From contig CM119371.1 in NCBI GenBank assembly GCA_051294905.1, positions 21,020,001 to 21,084,000 of the forward strand: 64,000 nucleotides of DNA, written 5' to 3'. Source of the stretch: Botryllus schlosseri. Lineage: Eukaryota. The position numbers and the translations under genes are program-made. This document shows, one piece after another, positions 24,945-36,720 of the stretch; positions within the stretch are counted from its first letter, which is position 1; the number at the start of each line of letters is the position of its first letter. The notes under the pieces were generated by a model. The model did not search any database and was not told the DNA's origin. It saw nothing but the letters and a program-made list of their open reading frames with translations.

Positions 24945-26859
24945 GTTGTGATACACAATGCTGCATAGTATGACACCGGTCAAAATTTTATACTCCTTGA
25001 TTCTTCCGATCAGCTGTTCAATATGAATACGTTCTCTCGCCATCTTTCTTGTTGTGGAACAGTCTGGCTCAGGCATTTGACGTTGTGTAAATCATGTGCA
25101 GGAATATTTAAATCTAGATTCAATTTCTTGATTTCAGACTCACTGGTGAATCCCTTTTCTGCCATGATAGCATTGCCTGGCTCACCATAGCTGAACTCCA
25201 TCATTTTCTTGCATTTCTTGTCGAATCCACATATTTAACTAGTATTTCGATCTGAAATGCTCCCTGTGAATATTTCCTGCACAAAAGTAAGTGTACCACA
25301 ATCCATCAATCCTTTCAAAGTTGTATGTGATTTATTGACAGTCAATAAATCATTCTAGATTTGAGAAATCATGAATGAATGCAAATGGTGCATTTTTAAG
25401 AACCACATATCTACATGGCCAAATCGCGATTTAATGAAGCAGTTACATGTGGCTGACCCAATGGTTTAATACTATGCTTACAGCAATACTATAAATTTGA
25501 CGTTAGTAGGATAAGTCGGACAATTCAGAAAGAATTTAATGTAGTCTAGCATAAAATTTCAGCTTCTCCGCATCTTTTGACATTATGATGCTCCTCTGAG
25601 AACTGAACTTCACTAGCAATAATTGTCCGTCAATTTGTAATTTTCCTGGACGAGTTTCCTGTTTTGTGCTTCTATACTTCTTCCAAAAATTTGATTTTCT
25701 TGCGTTTTATCCATCGACTTCCTCTTTCTGCAGCTTCATAAAAGAAATCCATCAAGCCTGCACAAAATATATAATATGTTTATTTTACAGAGCAATACTG
25801 CTGTGCAGGCACCTGTCAAGGCGTACTCGTCCGACTCATGCAACGTATCACCGCTACCAATTTCAACCATTCATCTCGTTATTAAATATATATTGCTCTC
25901 AACAATTTCAATACATTACACACCATCAAGCAACAAGACTGGAGTGGAATAAAACGAGACACACACCAAGTCGATTGTGGCATCAAGTGTGACAGCATTT
26001 CAGATTGGACTCATTTTGAAACACAGAATTGTTTCATCTAGGTTATGTCACGATTCAATATTTTTGGTACAATAATAGATATGTCATTTTAATTATAAAA
26101 TGAGAATTCAGATGACTACAAGGAAGTCCACATGCCTTTATCCAGATTTTACATTCTTCCATGCATGTTATTGGCTCTGGGAAAGGTAAAAGCGCACACC
26201 AGGAACGGTCTGGGTAGCCATCTCCATGTTACACAGGCTATTAGCACAGTGTTTATCCGGCATTTATCCTGATAGATTCAACACAAGAGCTAGATTTCAG
26301 CTGGGAACGGATCATGTTGCCTAACATATATCATATTAATACGATCATTGAATATGCAGGCAAGTGTCCAGTGTAACAGTAATTTGCTAGATAATGATAC
26401 AGACTGTAGACTGTACTATATACGAATGTCGATTCCATAAATAGAACGCATATAACGCCAAGCCCACATAATGGATACCACACATATCCTGACTCAAGAT
26501 TCCTCCAATACATGCTATTCGGTACGACAATCCTATAGTATACGACTAAGGATAATACAGCAATAGTTGCGCTTCATCCGAAAAGTTGTCAGAAATTCAT
26601 TCATTTGGACATACCATGCTGATGCGTGCTTGCCACCATTCATGCTTATTGTAGGTTATAACACTGCAAATACATACTAGCTCTACGTTATTACCATTCA
26701 CCAAAGCCAGCTATTCCCAATTCAATGTAATTTTGCTACAAACCTATATTTTTCAACCCTTTTCCGTATGAGCTCATAGTAAGCTTGCCCGGGCTTGTTC
26801 TTTGTTTACATCCTGCTGCAACCTGATTGGTTCATGTCAAAGGTCACGTAAGTGTCTAT

Positions 26860-27224
26860 TGTATATGTTCATATTGAAATGAACACAAATATTTTCGGAT
26901 GACACTCGTCAGCCACTAGTGGAGAATTACAAATAACATTGTATATCAACAATCGTATCACAAAATATGCCTTCACCAGCATGAAATTTCGAGAGCGAGC
27001 GTTCAATGCACTATTCCCATGCAGGTGGTACACTAACTCTGTCAACAGGAGTTCGTGTACCACCTGGGAATGTAGTGTGTTCTCTCTCTCTCGAAATTTC
27101 ATGCTGGTGGCGTCATATTTTGTGATACGATTGTTGATACACAATGTTCTTTCCAATTCTCTACTAGATTTGCTGACGAGTGTCGACCGAAAATATTCGG
27201 GTTCATTTCAATATTAATATACTA
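26860..27224. mobile_element. Fold-back MITE, copy 2
   Basis: Near-palindromic; homologous to 3430-3824. Confidence 0.8.
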
Positions 27225-28020
27225 AACAGTAATAACAGTATAAAAGAACTGGATTCGGAACTAAAGCAAGGTGTATGTTCAGTAATGTCGTCAATAAATA
27301 TTGTTTCTCACAAACTGACTAGTTTCATGATCAAATGATTGATTGAATTGCCAAAAAACCATAGTAAACCAATTTTGGCTCAACAGTATGTTATTTTGGA
27401 ACAGCCCTAATGTACAGTACCACTAAAAACGAAAAGTTAACTAATTGAAGGCATAGCAAAAGTCTAGCCACAAAAAACAACCAATTATTGTGCAAATGCA
27501 AAAAGTAACAAATCCACTATGTACAGGTACATTCCATACCAAAAGAAAGCAGTACTCACAGTACAAGTACTTGTAGAAAGGGAGATTTATTAGCCTACAT
27601 TTTTTTCAATCAATTGCTGGGCATTTCGATAATTCTTCCCAAATTGACGAGCATGTTCGACTGAAATCCCGAATTTCTATCACCAACAAGGACACGTTGA
27701 ATGAATGGCATCATTTTGAAAGACCTTTGGATAGCTAAGATCCCATGCGTAATAGCATGCTACGAAATCAATTATCATCTCAACCGGTCTTCTTTGGTTC
27801 CCGGATCTGCGCTTGATGGTGATGCCATTGGCCGCAATCCATGATTGTTCATCTCCATTCTTATGACGTGCAATCAAAAGATGAGGAGGAGTCAACTTTG
27901 AAGTCGTTAAATCGACTGTATGTGCCTGGAATTAAAACAATATGTTAGCTTCAAATTATTTTGCTAAATATTCACATGCGAATCCAGAGCACATGAGAAA
28001 TGCTTGTGGGAGGCTTCTCA

Positions 28021-28463
28021 CGACTCGACTCGACACAATATGTGTATTGACTTGACTTGAGTCATTGCGCATGACTCGAACCAAGTCATATGACTTGAGA
28101 CTCAGATGACCAAGAAAGACATTTCATCGTAATTTCAAAGAGTACTCGAATAGCCACACTATTGGCATTTCTTCTATTGGTACTGGCGCTTAAAACTGCT
28201 ACCAGAAATAATAAAAGTAAGGAAAATTAGTGTATTATAAATGCGAACCATTCGATATCACCAAACAGTCATAAAAAGTTTAACAAGACTTGAACTGGAA
28301 ACTGAGCAGTCAACACAATGACTTGGACTCGACTCGAGTCATAATACCATGAATTGGACTCGAACCTCTACTTGTTGACTTGGACTCGGACTTGACTCGA
28401 GTCAATCCTATAAAAGTGATATTGAGTTGTGACTCGGAGACTTGTGACTTGGTTACGACCCAG
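28021..28463. mobile_element. GACTCGAGTC-family MITE, left end deleted; same insertion as 32009-32541
   Basis: Same flanks (CTTCTCA) and homology to 32009-32541. Confidence 0.8.
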
Positions 28464-28511
28464 CTTCTCATACTAAAGATATAAGTGCAGTTGAATTGGA
28501 GAATAGTTTAA

Positions 28512-29012
28512 AGGGGCACTGCACTATAAAAATGATGTCGTCTCAGATTGAAGGGCGAAACGAAATTTTTTTTAGGCCACAGCCATTTTCTTCAAAACGC
28601 CGCCGTAAAAGAGTTGCAATTTATTAAATCTTCCACATGGGAACCATGCTCTAGCAGTCACGCAGAAATCGAACTTTATATCGTTGTCAGCCGATGTTAT
28701 CAAGGAAATATGTCGTACACGCAAAGGGGGTTTACGGAAGATGTTCAGTCAGGAGATTTAGGTCAAAATCGGGCCTAGTGTATTCTATTTTTTTTAGGGC
28801 GTGTATGACATATTTCCTTCATAGCATCGGCTCACAACTATATAAATTTCGATTTCTGCGTGACTGCTAGAGTATGATTCCCCTGTGGAAAATTCAATAA
28901 ATTGCAGCTCCATTACGGTGGCGTTCTGAAGAAAATGGCTGCGGCCTAAAAAAATTTTCTCGTTTCACCCTTGAATTTTGAGACCACATAGTTTTTAGAG
29001 TGCAGTGCATCA
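28512..29012. mobile_element. Palindromic MITE with TTAA flanks (Kolobok-like)
   Basis: TTAA|AGGGGCACTGCAC...GTGCAGTGCATCA|TTAA; long imperfect arms; half-deleted counterpart near 32590-32890. Confidence 0.65.
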
Positions 29013-30113
29013 TTAATAAGCTTAGCTCCAAAGGGCAAATTGATTTTAAGTTCTTATATTATTCGATTATAAATTGAAGCATTAATTGATTCACCAATTG
29101 TGTACAGATGCATAAATTTCTCTACATCATCAGAATCTCAAGGGGTACCAATGAACCTCGGACTTCGTTCGATCATAACTTGTTCGCTGCCTAATCCTAA
29201 AGGAGCACTGCGCTATAAAAAAGATGTGGTCACAAATTAACCCGCAGGTCGAAAAAATTTGCCGCAGCCATTGTCTTCAGAAAGCCACCGTAATGGTGCT
29301 GCAATTAAATTAGGGTTGACATACGACCTCCTTTAGGAGGATTTGTCCTTTTTCAGGTTTTCGAAATTGTCGTCCCAGGACGCGTAAATGTCTTCCTTTT
29401 TGGCAGCTCCAGTACTGTTTGTGTGAAAATCCTCCTTTCCCGATACCAAAATATGATAAACATAAACTAAATGAATTTAGCATAAGACCCGTTACGCTCG
29501 AGCTTCCGCGTTTCTAGTGCGTTAACTTCACAATCGCTTTACTCGCCGTGACTTCTATATTTTCGCAACGGGTTAAGAATCGATAACGCGCAGCCACGTC
29601 AGTCGGTCCAAATTCTGCAGCTCCAATACGTCAAGCGCAGTGTTTAGCATAGCATAATATACCTTCGTTTTGGGACGGTTCAAGAATTTCGATCATACAT
29701 AAGGATTCTATTTTATAGAACTTCTATGGGTATCTAAACTGAAGCAGATCCATACACTGTAAACTGAAACGCGTGCATTTATGCACCTAAAAAACACACA
29801 ATATTCGAATTTTTTTTTAGATGCCACATTGTGTGGTAGGGATGTATGTCATAATATTGTGTGGTCTGAAGTGGCATGTCCGTACCTATCACTGCAGAGC
29901 TCTAAATTATGTATCTGATATACCTCCAAAGGCTCTTGAAACAATATTGTATTTTAAAAGAATCAGTTGTAAAATGTACGGTAAAAGTGTAAATTGCCGT
30001 TATAAATATGGCAATAAAAATTGAAAACAACATTTTTTTGACACAGTAAGACAGGATTTTATACAGTAATAACAGAGCTTCTTGGAGGTACAGAACTTCA
30101 ATATACAATTGAA

Positions 30114-30700
30114 TAGTATATGTTCAATGTTCATATTGAAATGAACCCGAATATTTTCGGCTGACACTCGTCAGCGGTAATCGTCAGTAACCAGCAAAGA
30201 ACATTGTATATCAACAAAATCGTATCACAAAATATGACGTCACCAGCATGAAATTTCGAGAGAGAGAGCGTTCAGTGCACTATTCCGATGCAGCTGGTAC
30301 ACGAACACCTTCTGTTGACAGAGTTCCGGCTGGTGTATTAAGTGAACCACAGTGTGCTAATCAAAGTACTAGAAAAACTCCAAGTCACTCGCGAAACGCT
30401 CAACGCCAACGAAGGATATACAACAACCCAATCGCAATAGTGGAAGTAAAGGGACTAATAGCAGCGGAAATCACATGTATAAAATACACCAGCCGAAACT
30501 CTGTCAATGGGATTTCGTGAACCAGCTGGGAATAGTTCACTGAACGCTCTCTCTCGAAATTTCATGCTGATGACGTCATATTTTGTGATACGTTTGTTGA
30601 TATACAATGTCCTTTCCAAATCTCTACTAGATTTGCTGACGATTACCACTGACAAGTGTCAAAAGAAAATATTCGGGTTCATTTCAATATGAATATACTA
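30114..30700. mobile_element. Fold-back MITE, copy 3
   Basis: Long inverted arms homologous to 3430-3824 and 26860-27224, with a longer spacer. Confidence 0.8.
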
Positions 30701-31019
30701 TGTAACAGTAATAACAGTATAAAAGAACTGGATTTGGAACTAAAGCAAAGTGTATGTACAGTAATGTTGCCAATAAATATTGTTTCTCACGAATTGACTA
30801 GTTACGTGATCAAATGATTGAATTGCCTAAAAACCATAGTAAACCAATTTCGGCTCAGCAGCATGTTATTTTGGAACAGCCCTAATGTACAGTGCCACTA
30901 AAAAACGAAAAGTTTACAAATTGAAGGCATAGCAAAAGTCTAGCCACAAAAAAACGAATTATTGTGCAAATGCAAAAAATCCAATATCTACAGGTACATT
31001 ACATGACAAAAGAAAGCAA

Positions 31020-31516
31020 TGGGGTTAGGTACAATGATTCGATTACTCGAATCTGAATCGAGTAATAATTTTAATGATTCGAGTCGAGTAGTAAAATTCA
31101 TTTTTTCGAGTACCGTAATTATACGCTCCTCGCCACTGCACGTTAATTTATCAACAATAATTATAGTTTCGATACAATTTTTCCGTGAAAGCCTTGAAAC
31201 ATTGACTGGCCGTATCGCAGCATGGGCGACATACAGTACAACGCTACGAACGTTACAGAAAATATACATTTCCCAAGTCGTGATCATCTCATAACATTGT
31301 CACGAAGTGCAATGAAACCCGTATGGCCGAACAATCTTTGATGTGATCAATAACAGGCATTATATTATTTGTGGTGGCATGAAAGGTACATATTTAAGCT
31401 TTGACATATTACATTCTGTTATTACGTCATAATGAGTGATACTCGAATACTCGACTCGAAGCATTTTACGTGATTCAGAATCGAATCACTCAGGTACTCG
31501 ATTTTGCCCAGCCCTA
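31020..31516. mobile_element. hAT MITE present only in the inner EnSpm-A copy
   Basis: Ends TGGGGTTAGG / CCCAGCCCTA; degenerate TSD GAAAGCAA/GAAAGTAG; empty site GAAAGCAG near 27545; homologous to 61850-62334. Confidence 0.8.
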
Positions 31517-31574
31517 GAAAGTAGTAGTAGTACCCACAGTACAAGTACTTGGAGCAGGGGAGATTAATTAGCCT

Positions 31575-34500
31575 ACATATTCCCAATCGATTGCTGGACA
31601 TTTTGATATTTTTTCAAAAAATTGACGAACTTGTTCGACTGAAATCGCGGATTTTTATCACCAACAAGGACACGTTGAATGAATGGCATTATTTGAAAGA
31701 CCTTGGGATAACTAAGATCCCATGCGTAATAGCATGCTACGAGATCAATTATCCTCTACGGTCTTCTTTCGTTTTCGGATCTGCGCTTGACGGTGATGCT
31801 ATTGGCCGAAATCCACGATTGTTCATCTCCATTCTCTTGACGTGCAATCAAAAGATGAGGAGGAGTCAACTTTGAAGTCATTAAATCGACTGTATGTGCC
31901 TGGAATTAAAACAATATGTTAGCTTTAAATTATATTGCTAAATATTCACGTGCGAATCCAGAGCACATGACCAACTTCAGCTAGAAATGCTTTTATGAGA
32001 CTTCTCATCTGGGTTGTAATGACTTGAGTCACGACTTTCTGATGACTCGTGTCATTTTCTCAAAACAAAAAAATAACTTGACTCGACTTGGATATGAGTC
32101 ATTGCACATGACTCGAACCAAGTCATATGAATCGAGACCCAGACGGCCAACAAAGACATTTCATTGTAATTTCGAAGAATACTAAAATAACCACACTATT
32201 GGCATTTCTTCTATTGGTACTGGCACTTGAAAATGCGACCAGAAACTACTAAAAGTAAGGAAAATTAGTGTATTATAAATTATGCGAACCATTCGATATC
32301 ACCAAACAGTGATAAAAAGTGGATTTAACAGGACTTTAACTGGAAACTGAGCAGTCAACACAATGACTTGGACTCGGACTCGAGTCATAACACCATGACT
32401 CGAACTCGAACCTCTACTTGTTGACTTGAACTAGGACTTGACTCGGTGGTGAATTGAAAATAACTCAACTTGACTCGAGTCAATCCTATAAAAGTGAGAT
32501 TGAATTGTGACTCGGAGCCTTGTGACTTGGTTACGACCCTGCTTCTCATGCTAAAGATATAAATGTAGTTGAATCAACGAATAGTCTAAAGGGGCACTGC
32601 ACTCTAAAAATGATGTCGTCCCTAATTGAAGGGCAAACGAGAAAAATTTCAGGCTGCAGCCATTTTCTTCAGAACGTCACCGCAATGGAGTTTCAATTTA
32701 TTGAAATTTCCACAAGAACATCACGCAGAGATCGAACTTTATATCATTGTCACCCGATGTTATAAAGGAAATATGTCGTACACGCCAAGGTGGTTTAGAT
32801 GCGTCATTCAAGGGAAGTTGTTCAGTCAGGAGATTTATGTTAAAATCGGGCCTAGTATATTCTATTTCTTTAAGACATATTTCCTTCATATTATATTATT
32901 CGATTATAAATCGAAGCATTATTAGATTCACCAACTGTGATCAGATGCATAAATTTCTCTACATCATCAGAATCTTAAGGGGTACTAGTGAACCACGGAC
33001 CTTGTTCGATCATAAATTGTTAGTTGGTTAATCTGAAAGGGGCACTGCGCTATACAAATGATGTGGTCTCAAATTAACTCGCGGGTCGAGAAAAAATTTA
33101 CTGCAACCGTTGTCTTCAGAGCGCCACCGTAACGGTGCTGAAATAAAATTAGGGTTACCATACGACCTCCTTTATAAGGATTTGTACTCCTTTTTCAGGT
33201 TTTTGAAATTGTCGTCCTAGGACGCCTAAATGTCTTCCTTTTTGGCAACTCCAGTAGGCTACTGTTACTGTGAAAATCCTCCTTTCCCTATTCCAAAATA
33301 TGATAAACATAAATTAAATGAATTTCGCATACGACCTGTTACGCTCGAGCTTCCGCGTTTCCTAATCCGTTGCGAAATTTCTGGTGCGATAACGTCACCA
33401 TCGCTTTACTCGCCGCGACTTCTATATTTTCGCAACGGGTTAAAAATGGATGACGCGCAGCCACGTCAGTTGGCCTTAATACGAAAATTCTGCAGCTCCA
33501 TTACGTCAAGCGCGGTGTTTAGCATAACATAATACACCTTCGTTTTGGGACGGCTCAAGAATTTCTATCATATATAAGGATTCTATTTTATAGAACTTCT
33601 ATATATATCTGAGCTGAAGCAGATCCATACTAGACAGGTAGCAAATCTTACCTGACAAAGACATATCACACTCAAACCATGGTTCGACTTTATTTTCTTG
33701 TCTGTGAGAGGTTCTGCAGTTTGAGCAGTACATGAATTTCATCGTCTTCATTTCCCTGCAAACAAGTAGAATCATAATAAACAGGTGAAGGACTAATAAG
33801 AATATACAGGTGAGGGAAATTCCTGCACTTCAAATGCTTTCATTCCAGCCCATCCTTTTGAAATGCCAATTCACTAATCCGTATTATCGATGCTGCGTAG
33901 GCCTACTGCAAAATAGCGAGAATCATTTGTATGCAAAATGGGTTATCAATATCTCATGTGGACTATCGTCGGGGGTTTGATATAGCGCGTCCGCGTGCAG
34001 GCCTTACTACTGTCCGCAGAAACACTTTCCCCAAACAGTTCGTGTTTATGTATCTTTTTGATTAAAACTTATGCCCGTGGCTGAACAAATTATGCTCGTT
34101 GCCAATGCCGAATCTGGGTATTTACGTATGACAAGCGCACCCTGTAATTGTAATTATTGCGGGTTTGCGGCATATCTGCAATTTCTTTATCAGCATAACT
34201 TTGCCGGTTGATTGTCCAGTCCGATAAAATTGATCACTACTATGTATTTCGCACAGCGTGCTGATTTCACCAAAGTAACGATCTCTATTAGATGTACAAA
34301 TTCGACCTCATCGTTAGAGACGTCGATTTCATCGCGCGCTCTGAGAAACACCATCTCCTATCGCGATTTGACGAACAAATAAACGTCCACCTTCTACAAA
34401 TTGAAGTGCATTATTCGTATCGATGAGGGCCGCAAGCCGCGTTCAAAATATTTCAGCGGGAAATCGCATCGCTTAGCATTGTGTGATGCGATATGCGTGC

Positions 34501-36003
34501 ACAGACGAATCTCGCTAATTGGTCGCGGCCCAGCGTAACACTGATAATAAGACTTGTCGAATATTAGAGTAAAAATGCTCATTTCAAAAGGACGTGGTTT
34601 TGCGTTTCAGAAAGAGGGGATCTCGACACCCCCTGGCTACGCGCCTGCCGCCACCCCATGCAAAAATAAAAGTCGGTGCCTATGACTATAGCACTGTTAA
34701 TTATCAAACATAATACCAACCTCTTGATCAGTCTGCTCTCCAAAAACTTTATCAAGAGTGAGAAGCATTTCCATGTACTTCTCATGCATTTCTTCAACAC
34801 TTCTATCAACAAGCAGTTGAAACTCATGCCTGATCTATTGAGAATAACAACGCGTTACTCAGAGCTGTTAGTCATGAATATGCACATCAGTTAAAACAGG
34901 TTAGCTCGAGTAAGTAAATTCATCCGTATTCATTCTAAAATACATAGTTATTCACTAACTTATCTTGATACGAACATAATTAGATTGTCTTTATTTATTC
35001 AATAATTTAATTATTATTAGCATATTGTATCACCATACCGTGCAGACTTTGACAAATAAATAATTCTAGTTGTCCAATTTCATCCAAGTAGTACGAAATC
35101 TCATTAATCTAATTCTAACCTAATTAGTTGGAAAGTTTCTATACTCTTTTAATTCTCATCCTATTCATTGTTCTTCTGAAAATGCCTAATTGATCATGGT
35201 ATTTGGTAGTGAGCTAACAAAAATATCCGCCTCGTGCAACATCACGTCCAAATTTTCAGCTATGGTGCACAGACGCTAACCAATCTCATGCTCCTTCCTA
35301 TGAAGTAGACTTGAATTTTGCAGGATTCCCTTGTCATTCATAATTTCTGTCAATTTTCAAGTTTTTGCAAATGGAGCAAAATCTTATTTGAAAAAAATTG
35401 TGCTTTAATTCTAATATAATTCAATTTGGAAGAGCTTAAAATTTTCTATAGTTGTCCAAGCCTGGTATAGTGTACACATGTCGTGTAATAGGAAAACAGT
35501 GTTTATATTAATGCAATAGAAAAATACATAGGCAATACAATTTTCAATTTGCCGAGGCACACAACCAATTTCATTTTACTGATTTTCGAAGTTATGACTG
35601 CAACTCAAAGTCCTCTTTAAGGAATGAAAGAACTCACCAGTCTAATATCTTGCAGCATCGGAAAGCTCTTCCAAATTTCAGCAACGCCACCGAATTCTAG
35701 CACCTTCAACTGATTACGTCTGTCGTGATGAGTGTACTTCATGAGAGCGATGACATTCGGCCAACTGGCGCCAGGTCTATTGAATTCTGTTTCGAACTGC
35801 ACCCTAGCATCTTCAATAGTTAGATCGGGGTGACCTTTTGAATAACAGGAAACTTATAAATGATAAAAAAAAGAATAACCATCATCCCAATCACCTGATG
35901 AGCATAGACACAAAGCTGGAGCTCTCTATGAAGATGTACCAGATGCTTTTGTCTTTTGCATGAGATTCCTCAACTTTTGCGAAAGCTTTTTCGAGAAGTA
36001 ATA
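31575..36003 (-). pseudogene. SAMD3-like second gene of the inner EnSpm-A (5 recognisable exons, decayed)
   Basis: KKLSQKLRNL; LMKYTHHDRRNQL...IWKSFPML; IRHEFQLL; ACYYAWDLSYPK; GT-AG borders; stop and indels present. Confidence 0.7.
32009..32541. mobile_element. hAT MITE (GACTCGAGTC family)
   Basis: Ends CTGGGTTGTAA / TTACGACCCTG; perfect TSD CTTCTCAT. Confidence 0.88.
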
Positions 36004-36060
36004 CTGAAAAGCATATGATCATGAATGCACAGCAGGTCGTAGTCAAGAGAGGACGGTGCT

Positions 36061-36225
36061 TCATAGCAGAACAAGTCCAGTGTCTTCATATTTTGAATAC
36101 ACTATGCCATAGATCCTGCATGACATGACAACACTCGGATGTTGTCTGTGACGCCTCAATAAATGTGTAGACAGCAAATCGGTAGTTCCGATATAAGGGC
36201 ACAACCAACACTTTACATTAGACAT
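36061..36225 (-). pseudogene. C2H2 zinc-finger N-terminus of a deleted EnSpm transposase
   Basis: MSNVKCWLC...HLLRRH...C; same architecture as the start of the 53576 ORF; the rest is missing. Confidence 0.55.
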
Positions 36226-36654
36226 TCTACCAAACCATATCAAGTAATTGAAACAGGTCAACTGCAAAACAAGATGTACAGCATAACTGCATCTGCCAGT
36301 GAGGTTTCATCACTAGGTCTACAAATATATATCTTCAGATGACATTACAGCATTAGCTCACATTTTTTATGGTGCATCAAGCTGCTAGATCGAAAATAGG
36401 TAATCTATATCTACTCATCCCGCTGGGCGCTGTGTGTGAAACTCGATAACACGAACATGACTTAATTTACAGATAATGTTGAAAATTTACCTAAACGAAT
36501 TACCTTGCAGTAAATCAATGTGCTCCCTCTTGATTCCGTTTTGCACTAAATACATCTCCATTTCCTCGCTATATGCTATTTAGATTCACGTAACTAAGAC
36601 CGAAAGATTAGCGATATATCTATCTCACTCACTCCGACCCTGCGTGGTATCGAT

Positions 36655-36720
36655 CGATTGCGTGATACAGTCAGGTGACTCCGGTTACCGCTCCGATTGC
36701 GTCATACAGTCACGTGACTC
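36655..36720. promoter_or_regulatory. Duplicated 27-bp motif with an E-box palindrome; candidate EnSpm-A promoter
   Basis: CGATTGCGT(G/C)ATACAGTCA(G/C)GTGACTC x2, including GTCACGTGAC, ~100 bp upstream of a candidate first exon (ATG near 36561, donor near 36502). Confidence 0.4.

Larger units (their letters stand above)
22430..26263 (-). pseudogene. Decayed THAP + DDE_Tnp_4-type transposase
   Basis: MPDKHCANSLC...FPEP...CKIWIKACG (THAP-like); HTTLKGL...GSISD, IMAEKGF, RIHIEQLIGRIKEYKIL; many stops and frameshifts; 3' end split by hAT 22474-24944. Confidence 0.78.
21184..26857 (-). mobile_element. ISL2EU/PIF-Harbinger-group transposon with long TIRs
   Basis: ~330-bp imperfect TIRs starting AGACACTTACGTGACC; AT dinucleotide flanks; absent from the paralogous site near 30112; internal THAP and DDE remnants. 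Confidence 0.8.
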
